Assembly: GCA_009103225.1 (NCBI GenBank)
Contig: RHPI01000671.1
Span: 323,944-387,943 of the forward strand
Length of the DNA: 64,000 nucleotides
Origin: Chlorokybus atmophyticus
Taxonomy: Eukaryota; Plantae; Mesostigma and Chlorokybus algae
Direction: 5' to 3'
Positions 41,120-54,237 of the stretch are shown one piece after another. The notes under the pieces are model-generated. The model did no database searches and was not told where the DNA came from. It saw only the letters and a program-made list of their open reading frames with translations. The position numbers and the translations under genes are program-made. Each line of letters opens with the position of its first letter. The stretch's first letter is position 1.

Positions 41120-43330
41120 GGTGTCGCTGCAACACATTGCAGCTGTCACTGCCGTTGTCACTGCCGTTGTCGTGATGATAATCGCCTTCGTTGCTGTTGC
41201 GTTAGACGTTGTTGGGTTATCAACACCTGCTTTCAGCAACAAGAACATGCCATCATCAAACACCAAGAATCTGCGTGCTTGTGTGATGTCCAGCAGCACT
41301 GCGTATACTTGCATCTGACCTGCATCTGCACCTTTTCCAAGCACGTGCAGGATTGTACTTGACGAGACCTGCGCCTTCCACACCACTTCCAACACTGTCA
41401 TGCACAGTGTTGCTTGCGCGTCACTCCTTTACAAAAGCGTCGCCCCACTTCACGCACACCTACTCCTACCCACGCACCTCTGCTTGTACAGGAGTTGGCA
41501 CAGACTGGGCACGCGTGCAGTACGCCTTCAACACAGCAGACCAGAGGTTTGCTACAGACCCAAATCACTCTCGGCGTGTGGCTGCAAGGTGGGTGAGATG
41601 TTGTTTGTGATCACCGTGTACGCATGAATGAAATCACTTGTGTGAGCAGGTGTGGACATCTTGTCGGTGTCGGACCTTGCTGCTACGGTCAAACCAATCG
41701 ATCGACAGAAGTATCCGCCACTGGACCCAATAGACAACAAGTATTGGTATGACGACATTTACCAGCGACATCACACAGGTGGCTATGCATTCAGATACAG
41801 ATACAGATCTACCTAAACTAATCACCGCACCAGAACAAGTTAATACTATCAACCTACCGTTGCAGTATTCCACTTTGCTGAAGCGAAGGGGTGAGTTGCG
41901 CTTGTACGCCGAGTTCCCCGTCACTCGCAACGTCACGTACAACGCGACGGTGTCTGCCACCTTCTTTGCCTCATCTCCGCAGCACCCCGAACCAGTGGCA
42001 GCTCACAACATAATAGCCGTATCGCTGTGGCATACAGTCTCTGCCGCGTGTGATTGTGACCAACGCGACCGTCATTAAACCGTCCCCGTCGGTGATGGTG
42101 GTGACACCTACCAACGTACGCAAGGCTGTTCTTGAAGTATATACATGATGTATCTGTGTATCACAATGACCGTTGAGTGAGTTGACATCAGCATGCTAGT
42201 GACTGCCAGTCAGTAATACATCTTTCTTGTTTTGGTTCTTTTCTTCCTTTTTCTTCTTTATTTACCCCTCCTTTTATCTTCCTTCTCTCTGTCAGGCGAA
42301 GTTGGTGTATCGTGCAGGCAGTTAATACTCTGACTACGTGAAACAAACTCCCTTTGCTGTGCACATCTTGTCGGATGAGAGAAGAGTGGCCGGTGTCGCG
42401 TACGGCGTGAGCGAGAGCGTGGACCCAGTAGCCCAGCTTCTATACTGAAGGGGTTCGAGATTGACACAACGCCCTTTGTTGGAGTAATTAATGATGGAAT
42501 GAGCCACAGCGTAGCCTTCCTCGCCAAAGAGAAATACCTGGACACGCCTAATGACGATTCTTTTGCTGGCGGTTACAAAATAAGGATAAAAACAGTCACT
42601 GATTTCCTTCCCTTCCTTTGTTTGGTGGTGCTGCTTATTCTTTGATTGTCATGCACAGAACAAAATGGCTGATTACCTGTCATGTGCTGTGCAGGTGGAT
42701 GCTAACTTGCATCTGTATCATGATTTTGGCGTCGTAGTAATGTGACGGGGAAAGTGGTATGCGCGCGTGCAACATTAGGTTTGGAGTTGGTGAACACCTC
42801 TCATGTCCAAGTCCCCAGCAGCTTTGGCAGTCTCTTTATTACTCATAGCCTTTATGTTGGCAACTGCTGTTGTTATGTTGTGTTGCAGACGTCATGTGGA
42901 TCTATCACAACAGTAGTAGTTGCCAACAAATCTTATCGTGAGGTTAATGAGAATGACTTCAAGAACGGTCCAGAGACTTGCTTCACATCATACAGCGTGC
43001 GTGTGTGCATGTTAACAAGACTTACAATCTCACTGTTATATGGAGTACTAAAATAACATCCTGCATGCCTCAGGTTCAAAACACAACGAAAATTATCACG
43101 CATGCGTACGGGCGAGCTAAACCCGCGTATACGCAAATTAACACTTATACATGGGGTGAGCAAAGCTTCAACTATCATCAATACTTCTATAGAAACTACC
43201 ATGATGAGTTCTTTGAATACGCGTCTTCGAGCACCAAGCGCAAGACACCCCACATCAACATGCTGGCACAGTATGACTCGTAGGGTGTAAGTGTAGTGTA
43301 GACACAACAAGCTACTACGATCGTCCATCA
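40832..43330 (+). pseudogene. PNGase A-like copy B, frameshifted
   Basis: Signal peptide; SCTVLLARHSFTK..DWARV; GVWLQGVDIL; QYSTLL..NVTYNATVSATFF; EIDTTPFVGVINDGMSHSV; VDANLHLYHD. At least three frame changes. Confidence 0.7.
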
Positions 43331-43513
43331 TATACTTTCAAGTTCAACTACACATACGCGGCTGCCACCAATGCAACCTGCTACTGAGAGTGGTAAGAGT
43401 ACTCTGTGTCCACAGATGGTAATGTGGATTATGAAGCACGCAGTGACTCGACGCAATGCCAACATGTGTATGGGTGAACACTTGTACACTTACGTCACCT
43501 TCTTGATGGGAGG

Positions 43514-43735
43514 AAAAAAAAAAAAAAAAAAAAAAAAAANNNNNNNNNNNNNNNNNNNNNNNNNNNNNNNNNNNNNNNNNNNNNNNNNNNNNNNNNNNNN
43601 NNNNNNNNNNNNNNNNNNNNNNNNNNNNNNNNNNNNNNNNNNNNNNNNNNNNNNNNNNNNNNNNNNNNNNNNNNNNNNNNNNNNNNNNNNNNNNNNNNNN
43701 NNNNNNNNNNNNNNNNNNNNNNNNNNNNNNNNNNN

Positions 43736-43815
<80 letters not shown>
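43514..43815. other. Poly(A), N-gap and (TC)n tract (assembly gap)
   Basis: Directly visible. Confidence 0.95.
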
Positions 43816-43820
<5 letters not shown>

Positions 43821-45852
43821 GCGTGCACTGTATGTATGTGACACACCTGTAGATAGAAACACATGTGCCCAGGTGTTGGTGCGTGCATGTCTCTGTGTCT
43901 GTGGTTGTGTACTTGTCCAGCATCTAGTGCGACCGCACGCCAAAGCAGAGTAATAAAGAAGGAAGAAGTTATGCCCTACTACATGGCATGCCCATTGGGT
44001 TCTGGCATTCTGACACGAAGATATGCATGGGCGCCTGCAGCTCCTTTTATCAGCAACCCATCCTGAGATCAGAACAAAAACCAATCGACTATTGCCTGTT
44101 TGGGGGGGGGGGGGGGGGGGGGGNTCATATGTATGTGTAGTGCACTCTCAAGCAGATGCGTACATACACTGGTCAACACCTCAGCTGTGACGCGAATGAC
44201 GTTGAGGCGGGCTTGCTGCAACAGTATGTCCAACAATGTCTGATTTGTGTTGCCATCCCTGCATCAAAGTTGTGCGACTGAGACCATCTGAAAAGCGGAC
44301 ATCCAGCACCGAAGGGAGAGACACAAACACGCACACGCACATGCCCGCACACAAACATCCACCGCATTGCACGATGTGCACACACACACGCACGCACGCA
44401 GGCACGCGTACATAAATGACAAACACATGCGTACACGCAAGCACACACGGATGCGCATGGATTTACTTGCACGTGCATGCGTGCGTGCGTTACACCACAC
44501 CTTCACGCCCACACGAGCGCCCACACGCACACATGCACACACACACATCAATCCCCAATACACCCCGAACGTGACAACTGTGAACAACAACAAAGATGAC
44601 AACAAGGATGACAACATCAAGTACCTCCAGTCGTATCGGACGTGTGCTGTGGTGGAGTGGGGGTTTGTGTCGCACGGTGCCGTGCGTGTTGTTGTGTCGT
44701 GTTGTTGGGGTGGGGGTTGTTGGGCGGGTGAGTTGGTGAGTGAGTGAGTGTTTTAGTTGTTGTGTTGTGAAAGGTGGGGAATAGTGGGGTCGCTGTTGTC
44801 GGGTCAGCGGGGTGTGGGGAGATTAATCGCGCACGAGGTTGCGATGCGGTTCAATGCCGGGATCGCTTGTTTCTGAGTTGCCACAATTCTGCTACTGTGA
44901 TGCACACGCGCGCACGCACGCACGCACGCGCACAAATGTATTCAATGTTGATGATTGGTATGTTGGCTATAGACACGCTTGTTGACGTTTTACTTATAGG
45001 TTACGAGCAGCATTTGTTGGGGGGCGAAAACAACATGGCGGTTACGCAACAGGCGCGCTGGTGACTCGCTGTGTTTTTCTTGTGTGCCAGGAAGTGTTGT
45101 GAGCATATGGCCTATGCTGCAACATGCACATGGAGTCAAGACCAACAAAGCCAACCACTGCGTGTATTGGTATGCGCGTGCGTGCATGGTATGCGCGTGT
45201 TGTGTGTCTGCGTATCCGTTCGCCCACGCGACAACAGTGAGACGTTTTTCTTGACCTTTAGTTCCTTTTTCACGCCTGGGAGGTGTGCGCTGTTGAATGC
45301 ATCGGTTGTGTGTGTGTTCAGGCTCGTGTACACGTTGTCACGCGGGGGCGTTTTGCATGTGCACTCACATGCACAAACGTATGTGGATGTGTGCATGAAT
45401 GCACGACGCATGTACACGCTGTACTCGTGCATACATGCGTGCAGACGTATGCACGACACGCGCTCACGCAAAACACGTAGCTACAGGCACACACACATGC
45501 CACTTCCCCCAGCTCCTCCGGCCTCGTCACAATCGTCTTTGCTCCCTCCGACTGTGCGACTCGGTCACACAGCCTGTGGACATTCCAAAAGGAAATGACG
45601 CATGCGTGCGTGCACATGTGATCGCGCGTCCGCATTCGCACGTGTGTACAAAGATTAAAGTGGAAGGCACAACTAGCGGCATGCACAAGGTGTATCGCAA
45701 CCCAACAGCGCAAGTCACATGCATAGCACACGTGAGACGCAGACACCAGCCAGTGCGTACACAACCACCGTGTGTGTTCCCCCTCCACCCCCACCCCCAC
45801 CCCCACAGCCACAGCCACACACCCACAAATGTGTGCGTGTGCGTGCGTGTGC

Positions 45853-45857
<5 letters not shown>

Positions 45858-45914
<57 letters not shown>

Positions 45915-46501
45915 NNNNNNNNNNNNNNNNNNNNNNNNNNNNNNNNNNNNNNNNNNNNNNNNNNNNNNNNNNNNNNNNNNNNNNNNNNNNNNNNNNNNNN
46001 NNNNNNNNNNNNNNNNNNNNNNNNNNNNNNNNNNNNNNNNNNNNNNNNNNNNNNNNNNNNNNNNNNNNNNNNNNNNNNNNNNNNNNNNNNNNNNNNNNNN
46101 NNNNNNNNNNNNNNNNNNNNNNNNNNNNNNNNNNNNNNNNNNNNNNNNNNNNNNNNNNNNNNNNNNNNNNNNNNNNNNNNNNNNNNNNNNNNNNNNNNNN
46201 NNNNNNNNNNNNNNNNNNNNNNNNNNNNNNNNNNNNNNNNNNNNNNNNNNNNNNNNNNNNNNNNNNNNNNNNNNNNNNNNNNNNNNNNNNNNNNNNNNNN
46301 NNNNNNNNNNNNNNNNNNNNNNNNNNNNNNNNNNNNNNNNNNNNNNNNNNNNNNNNNNNNNNNNNNNNNNNNNNNNNNNNNNNNNNNNNNNNNNNNNNNN
46401 NNNNNNNNNNNNNNNNNNNNNNNNNNNNNNNNNNNNNNNNNNNNNNNNNNNNNNNNNNNNNNNNNNNNNNNNNNNNNNNNNNNNNNNNNNNNNNNNNNNN
46501 N
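45858..46501. other. (GT)n tract followed by N-gap (assembly gap)
   Basis: Directly visible. Confidence 0.95.
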
Positions 46502-47106
46502 CAGGGGCATGACTCATGTGACATGATGTGGGTGCGTGATATTGAAATGTGTGACTTGAACTATACCCACAGGCAGGACCTTCGAACGAGGGTGGATGCT
46601 TGCGTTGCCATAATCTGGAAGGAGCATGCGAATGCTCTTTTTTCCAAAGCGCGTCGACGCAACGAGGGAGGCAAGCAAGAGGCTGTGTGTTTGTGCGCAT
46701 GCATGTTTTCTGCATTGCGAGATATAACCACACAGAAAGCAGAAATACCGGAGGTAGGCCTACACACATGCTATGGGGATTGTCGAACCCACAGGCATCG
46801 TTGCGTTGGCAAGACAACAGTGGTTCACAGCCTGCGAGAGTTGATGTGAGAATCACAGACTGTCACGGTGTGACTACAGGCAGGGGAATGAATGGGTGAC
46901 AGGAGTTTTCAACTTTCTAGTGACGTCCTTAGACAGCAGAGCTAAGAGAATCTCTGATCTACCCACACAGTCACACACAGGCAGAATCCATCAAAGGGCA
47001 CATCAAGTCTGCCAGCTGATACATATTGCGTTGGAGAGGCACAGTGTGCTTGAGTTTTTGGTGGTTGTGTTGGCGGCTCAGGTTGGAGTAGGAGTGGGAG
47101 TGAGCA

Positions 47107-47705
<599 letters not shown>

Positions 47706-48949
47706 ACTGTATGTGAGAGAGTGGCTGTCTCGTGGTCCTGATGATGCAGTGTGTTTGTGTGTGACATGTTGTTCTGTTGCTGTGTAATGACTTGTTTAGT
47801 AACGACAACTACAATGCCTGCGCACTCCACTGTTGCTATGAAACCCACTGCCGGTTCGCACATTTATATTTGTGAGTCGTAAACGCGGTCCATTGTGACA
47901 AGTTGTAGCATGATCATAGACTGCGTGCGCACACCAGTATGGGGCGATTGCTGCCCTGATGGTCCCCGCATGCGCAGCGGGCCGCCACCGTCATCACACT
48001 CACATGCTGACAACACAGCCTCCCTTCCTGGGCATCCTTGTCCCCTTCCCTCTGCAAGGGCAGCGAGTACGCCACACTCCACCACCCGTGGCCTAGCTGC
48101 CCTTTGTTGTTTGCGGTGCGTGTGTTGCTTCCACGTGCTCGCGTGCAGTTGGAGACCTACTTGCACTTGTACACATGTCCGTGGGGGTTAGGTGTCGCTG
48201 CTGATCTTCTGTCTTTCAGATGGTCTCAACCAACACGCATTGACTCCCGCTTCCAGCATGGTCGTCCAGGCTGGAAGAGTATACGCATGTAGGAAGGGGT
48301 CTGGCTAAGTGCCCCGCGCCCTGCCCCGCCCCTTGCAGTGTGCTTTTGGTACAAAAGAACGACGAGGGAACTGTTTTATATGCATTTCGTACATGCCAAC
48401 ATGTTGCATCCGATTTCTTCAAACACTGTATAACACGCATATGCATGTGCACAGGTTGTACCATCCGCCGGTATGGGTGATGCATCCATGCTGTCAGCGT
48501 TCGTTACCTAGGGGTTGCAAGAGAGGGTGAGTGCTCACGAAGCTTGTGAGCCCCTCCCGACAACTGGTCATGCGCCCGCCCGCATGCATGCACACGGTAA
48601 CATGTGGTTGCAGACACATCATGGTATACGGGGTGCATCACACATGCTGACATATATTCGCACTCGGTTGCGGCACATGCTACAGTCACATGCACAAAGC
48701 ATTCACTATTATCATCAATTTTACACCACCACCGCCAGGCTATGTGCTCTACCTACTCAGTCTGGCTACCCTCTACATGCACATCCCCAGACAATGGTAT
48801 GGCTGACTCAAATGACGGAGGTATCCATGACCACTTAAATGCGGACTGTACAAGCCTCATTACATGTCGCATGTATCAGTAACAAATAAGTCGAGAAGAT
48901 GCTACCAAGCAAACTCAGCTCCAAATCTTGCCATTGACCGACGTTGACT

Positions 48950-49630
48950 CACAACAGCATAGTCGTGTCATTGCGGATTTGCTTTGAACTTTAGCAACAA
49001 GGTCGTAACATGAAGTGGATGGGTACAAAGTCTTAAACGGTCCTGACACTTACCCAACATCATATGTGGTGCGTGCATGGCAGTGTCAATAGCATGACAT
49101 TGGCAAGGTTGCATAGGCAACTTAGAAATGTTGTTAAACAAAATGCAACCCGGTTTACATGTGCCTCCAAAGTACAAAATGCAACTGACAATTACTTGCG
49201 CATACGGCAGCTGCCCCCCTCCCCCCCCCCCCTCTCGCGTACACTCCATTTAGTATGTACACGTGGGCCGAGCAAAGCTTTTATTATAAGGGAAAACGAG
49301 AGAGGACATGTGCCAAACAACAACTTGGCGTACTCATTTTTAATCAAGATGAGTACAGAGAGTTGTTGTTTGCAACACACCTTATATGACGATGCTCGCG
49401 ATGTATAAGGCACAAGCTGTGCGTCTGAGCATGTCACGTTCTTATTACTCATAATTTGACACATACACTTCCAACTACACGTACGTGTCGGCTGGTAAAA
49501 CGCAAACCGGCAGCAACAGAACCTGCCATAAAAAGCTGTACAAGTACATTGACAAGCCAACAGTGAGCTAATGCAAAACTGGCAGCAACTCGGCGCTAAT
49601 GCTAACGATGGTGAATTGAGTGACACATTA
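48950..49630 (+). pseudogene. PNGase A-like copy C, 3' fragment
   Basis: Matches the reverse complement of copy A 3' region: GAAGTGGATGGGTAC, GAGCAAAGCT.TTATTATAAG, CTACACGTACGTGTCGGCTGGTAA. Confidence 0.75.
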
Positions 49631-49986
49631 CTAGTAAATGCTCGTGCAGCGTTCTCAGTACTCAGTATTCAGAACTAGCAGTTCTTGGTTGTCCCTGTGC
49701 TTGGCTAGCCATCATGAGTGCCACAGGTCCATGCAGTACAATGGTGCGAATAAGCTTCAGCTATTTGTATATGCATATGTGATGGTAATACTTCTTAATG
49801 CATGCGCTGGTTGCTAGTACGGTGCCTTGGCCAAATTCGCCAAGTACACACTGTGCTGCCAGCAGTGCTAGCATGCATGCACATAACATGCAGCAACACT
49901 TCAGCTAGCTTCGTGCCTCCCTCGTTCGCCCGAATGCAAGCCGGGGTTGCACATGCACATAAGCCAGCTCAACTCGCTCCTTCAAC

Positions 49987-50030
49987 AGTCGCGACGCCAA
50001 TGGGTCTTGGCTCTGCAAAAGCTTATGCCG
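49987..50030 (+). repeat. Left terminal inverted repeat of the Academ element
   Basis: AGTCGCGACGCCAATGGGTCTTGG..GCTTATGCCG versus the reverse complement of 61138-61170 (AGTCGCGACGCTAATGGGTTTTTGCTTATGCCG): 18/19, then 10/10 after an 11-nt indel. Confidence 0.8.
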
Positions 50031-51971
50031 GCCCGGTCAGGGCTGAGCACTGTTGAATGGCTGTCAGCAGCTGTCGGGCTGCACTGGGCGGTGTAGATAC
50101 TCGTTTGATCATGAGTCGCATTGGTTCGAGGATCGACGTTGATGTGGTTGTCAAGACTACTGCTTTCGACAGCGATGCACAAGGTTCCAGCGCTGACGGA
50201 TCAGTGTCGACTGAGCTTGTGTTGTTGTCGGTTTAGGGTTGTAATGCCCTGTTGAGTCAACGCATTGAGACGTCTGAGTGTTGTCGTGCACCGTTTGCTG
50301 TCTATGCTGCGACGGTGGTCTATGTGGTTAAAGGGCTGATGACGCGGCGGTGGCGTGTCGTGTTGCAGCGTCTGAATAGCGGATGTATGGGTATTTCCCG
50401 CGCAACGGGCGGTGTGGTTGTAGGTGGGTGGGGTTGCTGTAGGCGGTGAGTGTGCTCACCCTGGGGTGGCTGTGGAAGACTGGCGGAATGTCGGCTGACG
50501 GCGGAGCTGGCTTGGATGGAATCGCCGGCGTCACATTTTCGTTGTGTGCTACTTTGCCGTTTATCAGGCGCACTCAGTCTTTTTATCAAACAGCGTATGA
50601 GCAGGTGAGCAGGTGATTCTAGGACATTGTGTTGGCGATGTATCTGTTATGTAACTTGATGTATTCTGTGTAGTTGATGTTGTGTTCAATTGTATGCATG
50701 CTGTAGGTGTCAATTGGGTGGCCGGTGCATGTAGCTGGATCTTCCAGGGGTCCTGAACAGGGTGTGAGGGAGCTTCATGTGGAGTTGCCTGGGGGTTTTG
50801 GCTTCAGATTTAGCTTGCATCGTGTGCGGCAGGGGCTTGCTGGCTTCCCCACGCGATTGGCTAGTGACCTGTTAGTTGTCGAGCATGTGGTTGGCAGCGT
50901 GTCTCTTGCACGCTGGGTGATTGGTACTGAGTGTGATATGGATCTTGGGCGACGGCGTCACTGGGTTGAGCAGTGGCACGACACGGAGTGGCTACCATTC
51001 GAGGTGGGTCAGTGGAGCCTGCATCCACTGCAGGGCGGCGATGCAGGTGATGATGACAACCCGGGCTTAGCACACACCCCCCCTCCCGTCGAGGGTGGTG
51101 GCTGGCATCCCGTCATGCCTGCCGTATCAGGTGCCTTGTTGTCTGAGTTGTAGTCTATGGGAATATCATAGCATTCTGCAGATAAATCTAACCGCCATAT
51201 GTGTTTTGTCGGTGTTCGTGTGGCATTAGCTGTTGCACACAGTTCAGTGTAACTGTGTGCGCGTAGTCGCCACTCTAAGTACATGTTCAAAGTCAAGTGA
51301 TATGCATGATGAGGGGGTTGGATTAATGTTTGGTTTGTGTCGTGTGTAGGGCCTGCTGATGTTGGTGCGGCACAGTGAAACTGGTGAGCGTGCCTCTGTC
51401 GCATAGTTGTTTGAATGGCACAGTAGGTGCATGGCATTGCAGTATGGTCAACTGATAGTGTTATTGGTGCTGGTGCAGATCTTGGCGACGTACCATCTGG
51501 CGCATGTCTCCAACAATGCAGTCGTGGCTGTGTAGGAGTGTAGGGTGTGCAGGTCGTCTGTAGGCACACATGGCAGTGCTGAGAATGTGTGTGTGTGTGT
51601 GTGGGCACGTAGTTCAGCATGTGCAGGCAGCCATACTCAGGACACTATGGGTGGGGCATTCTTGTGACTGAATGTGCTGCAAAGAGCTGTCTATTGATGT
51701 CTGTTGTAACAATGAGTCAAGTATGCAATTCAACATGTAGGACTGTAGTGTCTAGTGCACGTGCAATATGGGTGAGGTGCGGGCTGGTTGACTGCGTCAA
51801 CATTGGAAACAGTGATGTTGAATGATCAGACTTTAATGCTATAACAGAGCATGTTGTACAAGTATCAATGACGGCGTCACATGAGTGTCACTGCATGCCC
51901 AAGCGTATGTTCATAAGGTATGCGAACAGCACCACACGAAGCATTGTTTGCAACAATGGCTGTGGTATGAT

Positions 51972-53874
51972 TTATGCTGACCATGAAATGGGAGGTCCGC
52001 TTGGTGTGTACCCCAAGGCCAACAACAGCTGCCTGCCTACATACTCTGAATAGGCCGGAGGGATGCTCTCCACCAACGCACACTCGTCCGTAATCCAATC
52101 AATGCCGAGCGCCATGCTCCACCCACTGACCTTGCCTCTAGAGGCTGCCTGCCCATACACGGGATGCATCTGTTGCATGTCCGATACAGCCTCCTGTCGT
52201 ACGCAGTCCTTTGTTGACTTGCTACTCTGACAGTGTCTAGATAGAGCACCTAAGTGCTTATCAGTATGGTCGCAGTGCATGTCCACAGACAGAAGAGGAT
52301 GCGTCTCGAATACCCTGTGACGGAAGGTGGAGAGGGAGAACACGGTGCCGCATAACACCATGGTCGCATTCATGTAGGTTCGTGCATCAGGAATGTTCTC
52401 TATGACGAAGCACTTGCCACTGTTTAGTAGCCGTGTGCGCACGTCGTGAAGGACGGTGCTATGGTTCCACGTGGCGGAGTGTTGTGTGCGCTGCGATTCT
52501 GGTATGCAGCGTGCGAAGGCCTGGCAGGGCGGGCTGGCCCATATGACATCGTAGTCTGCCAGGTCCACCAACAAGGCATCACCTTTGACAAATGTGAACG
52601 GGTACTGTGGCTGCTCATTGATATCAACCCCCGTGATGTCGAAGCTAACGCGATAAAGGCCCATGCTGGCGCCTCCACCACCACAGCACAAGTCCAGCAG
52701 TTTGAGGCGATGAGGTTCTCCGTTAGGCCGGCGCGGTGATTGTGTCAACAGAAGTGGGGATGACTGACTCCACAACGACATCATGCGCAAGGGTGGATTC
52801 ACCTTGCGATTGGTTTGCACTCTGCTACCGCCTATGCGTACACACATTGAGTCTGTGTACTGTGTCTCAACAACCACAACAATGTTGTGTTTGTCAATGA
52901 CCAGCAGCTGTACATCACCATCTTCGAACCGGACTCTGTGTCTGCCTGCAGTCAGCCCATGGTTGAGTGGTGCTGCTTGCTGAATCGCAGATAAGCATAA
53001 GTGCACAGGGAGCGGCATGTGTACAGGTGTGCAAGCACTGACCAAGTCTGTTGTTGTGGGCGTAGATGACACCCTTGTACCATGATTTGTCAAGCGGCCA
53101 GTAGACCATGACCGTGCAACCTATCAACGTCGAGCCTCCCTGCTGGCAGCGCTGATGCAACGTCTGCAGGTTATCACAGGTTGCAGCAGCTACCTGTCGA
53201 AACAGCATGTTGTCATAAAGGAGACGCATGCATGAGTGTTCCTGTTTCTACCACTGTCAAGCATGAGCGCATACACACTGCGTGTCACACACGCGGAACA
53301 GTGCGTACATTGACGTGCAGGAATCAGCACGCGTACCTCGTGCCGAGTGTTGTTCGCGCGCAAAGGTTGCGCAAGTGACGGCGGCGCCACCTCGCCGCGT
53401 CCGCATCGAGCGCGTTGTTGCTGTTACGTGTCGTGTGTAAGTTACAGACACGAACGGTGGACCACTTTGCATACTACGCACAGTCAGCACATCAGACTAC
53501 TGGTGATAGTGTCTCACCGGTGAGACGTGAACGGCCTGACCAGATGACACCGTGCCGGGGCGTGCATACGGCATGTAGCGAATGGGCACACCTTGCCACT
53601 CAAATGGCGCACACGCACATTCAGTGCATGTGCACTGCTGTTGGAAGAACTTGGGCAGTATGCACTTGTGCTTGGAGCGGCAGTCAATCATGTGTAGTCC
53701 AGCAACGTGATAGTGCCAGCAAGCAGCGGTGAACCCATATAGGGCCAGATACCTTGTGCATTCGCTCTCATGACGGCTCATTCTGGATCGCTGACCATTG
53801 GTAACGACATAGGCATGGCAAACAGAGCAAACTAGTGCTTTCTTGAGCGGTGCACCCGCCATGGTGATCGTCAT
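51972..53874 (-). CDS. Predicted C2HC zinc finger - Tudor - DNA (cytosine-5) methyltransferase fusion (transposon cargo); exons upstream of the Tudor are uncertain
   Basis: MTase motifs I (LLDLCCGGGGASMG), II (GVDI), IV (WASPPCQ), VI (VIENI), VIII (RHRVF) and X (ESIPPAYSEYVG) lie in one open frame. Spliced Tudor LIGCTVMVYWPLDKSWYKGV..RL|GRHRVRFEDGD (phase-1 GT-AG intron 53042-52946) is in frame with the MTase. N-terminal CSVC-x15-H-x3-C. Confidence 0.87.
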
Positions 53875-54237
53875 ACTCTCACCCGCCTGTGCATAGCCGC
53901 TGTGGGTGCTACGGCCGAGTGGAGATTAACCCTAAAGTTGTGAGGTCAACCCTAAAAGTATGTGTCGCCCAGTAAAGCGCTGTATCAGCGGTGTGGCATA
54001 TAGGTGGCGGCGATGTCCTGGTGGGCGGCGGCGGCGGCGGAAGCCTCAGCGACTTGGACACGTTGTGATGGTTTGCATGTCTCCAGTAGTGGTGGATGAT
54101 ACTTGTGTTGCAAGCCCAGTCAGCGCTGAGTGAGGTGTGGGTCGCAGCATGGCGCCGGCCCATGCAGGCGTTCTCTGTTGTTGTGGGAGGCGTAGCCATA
54201 CTGGTGAGTACGGAGCAGTAAGGCATTGGTGTGGTAG

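Noticed and set aside
44170-46900. Possible spliced minus-strand membrane-protein gene
   Set aside because: Candidate exons could not be joined in a consistent phase, no family was recognised, and a gap interrupts the region.
49676-49695. TAGCAGT as the Academ left terminus pairing with 61197-61203
   Set aside because: This stretch aligns with the left duplication arm (~36630-36650), so it is host flank. The better TIR and the empty-site alignment place the ends at 49986/61170.
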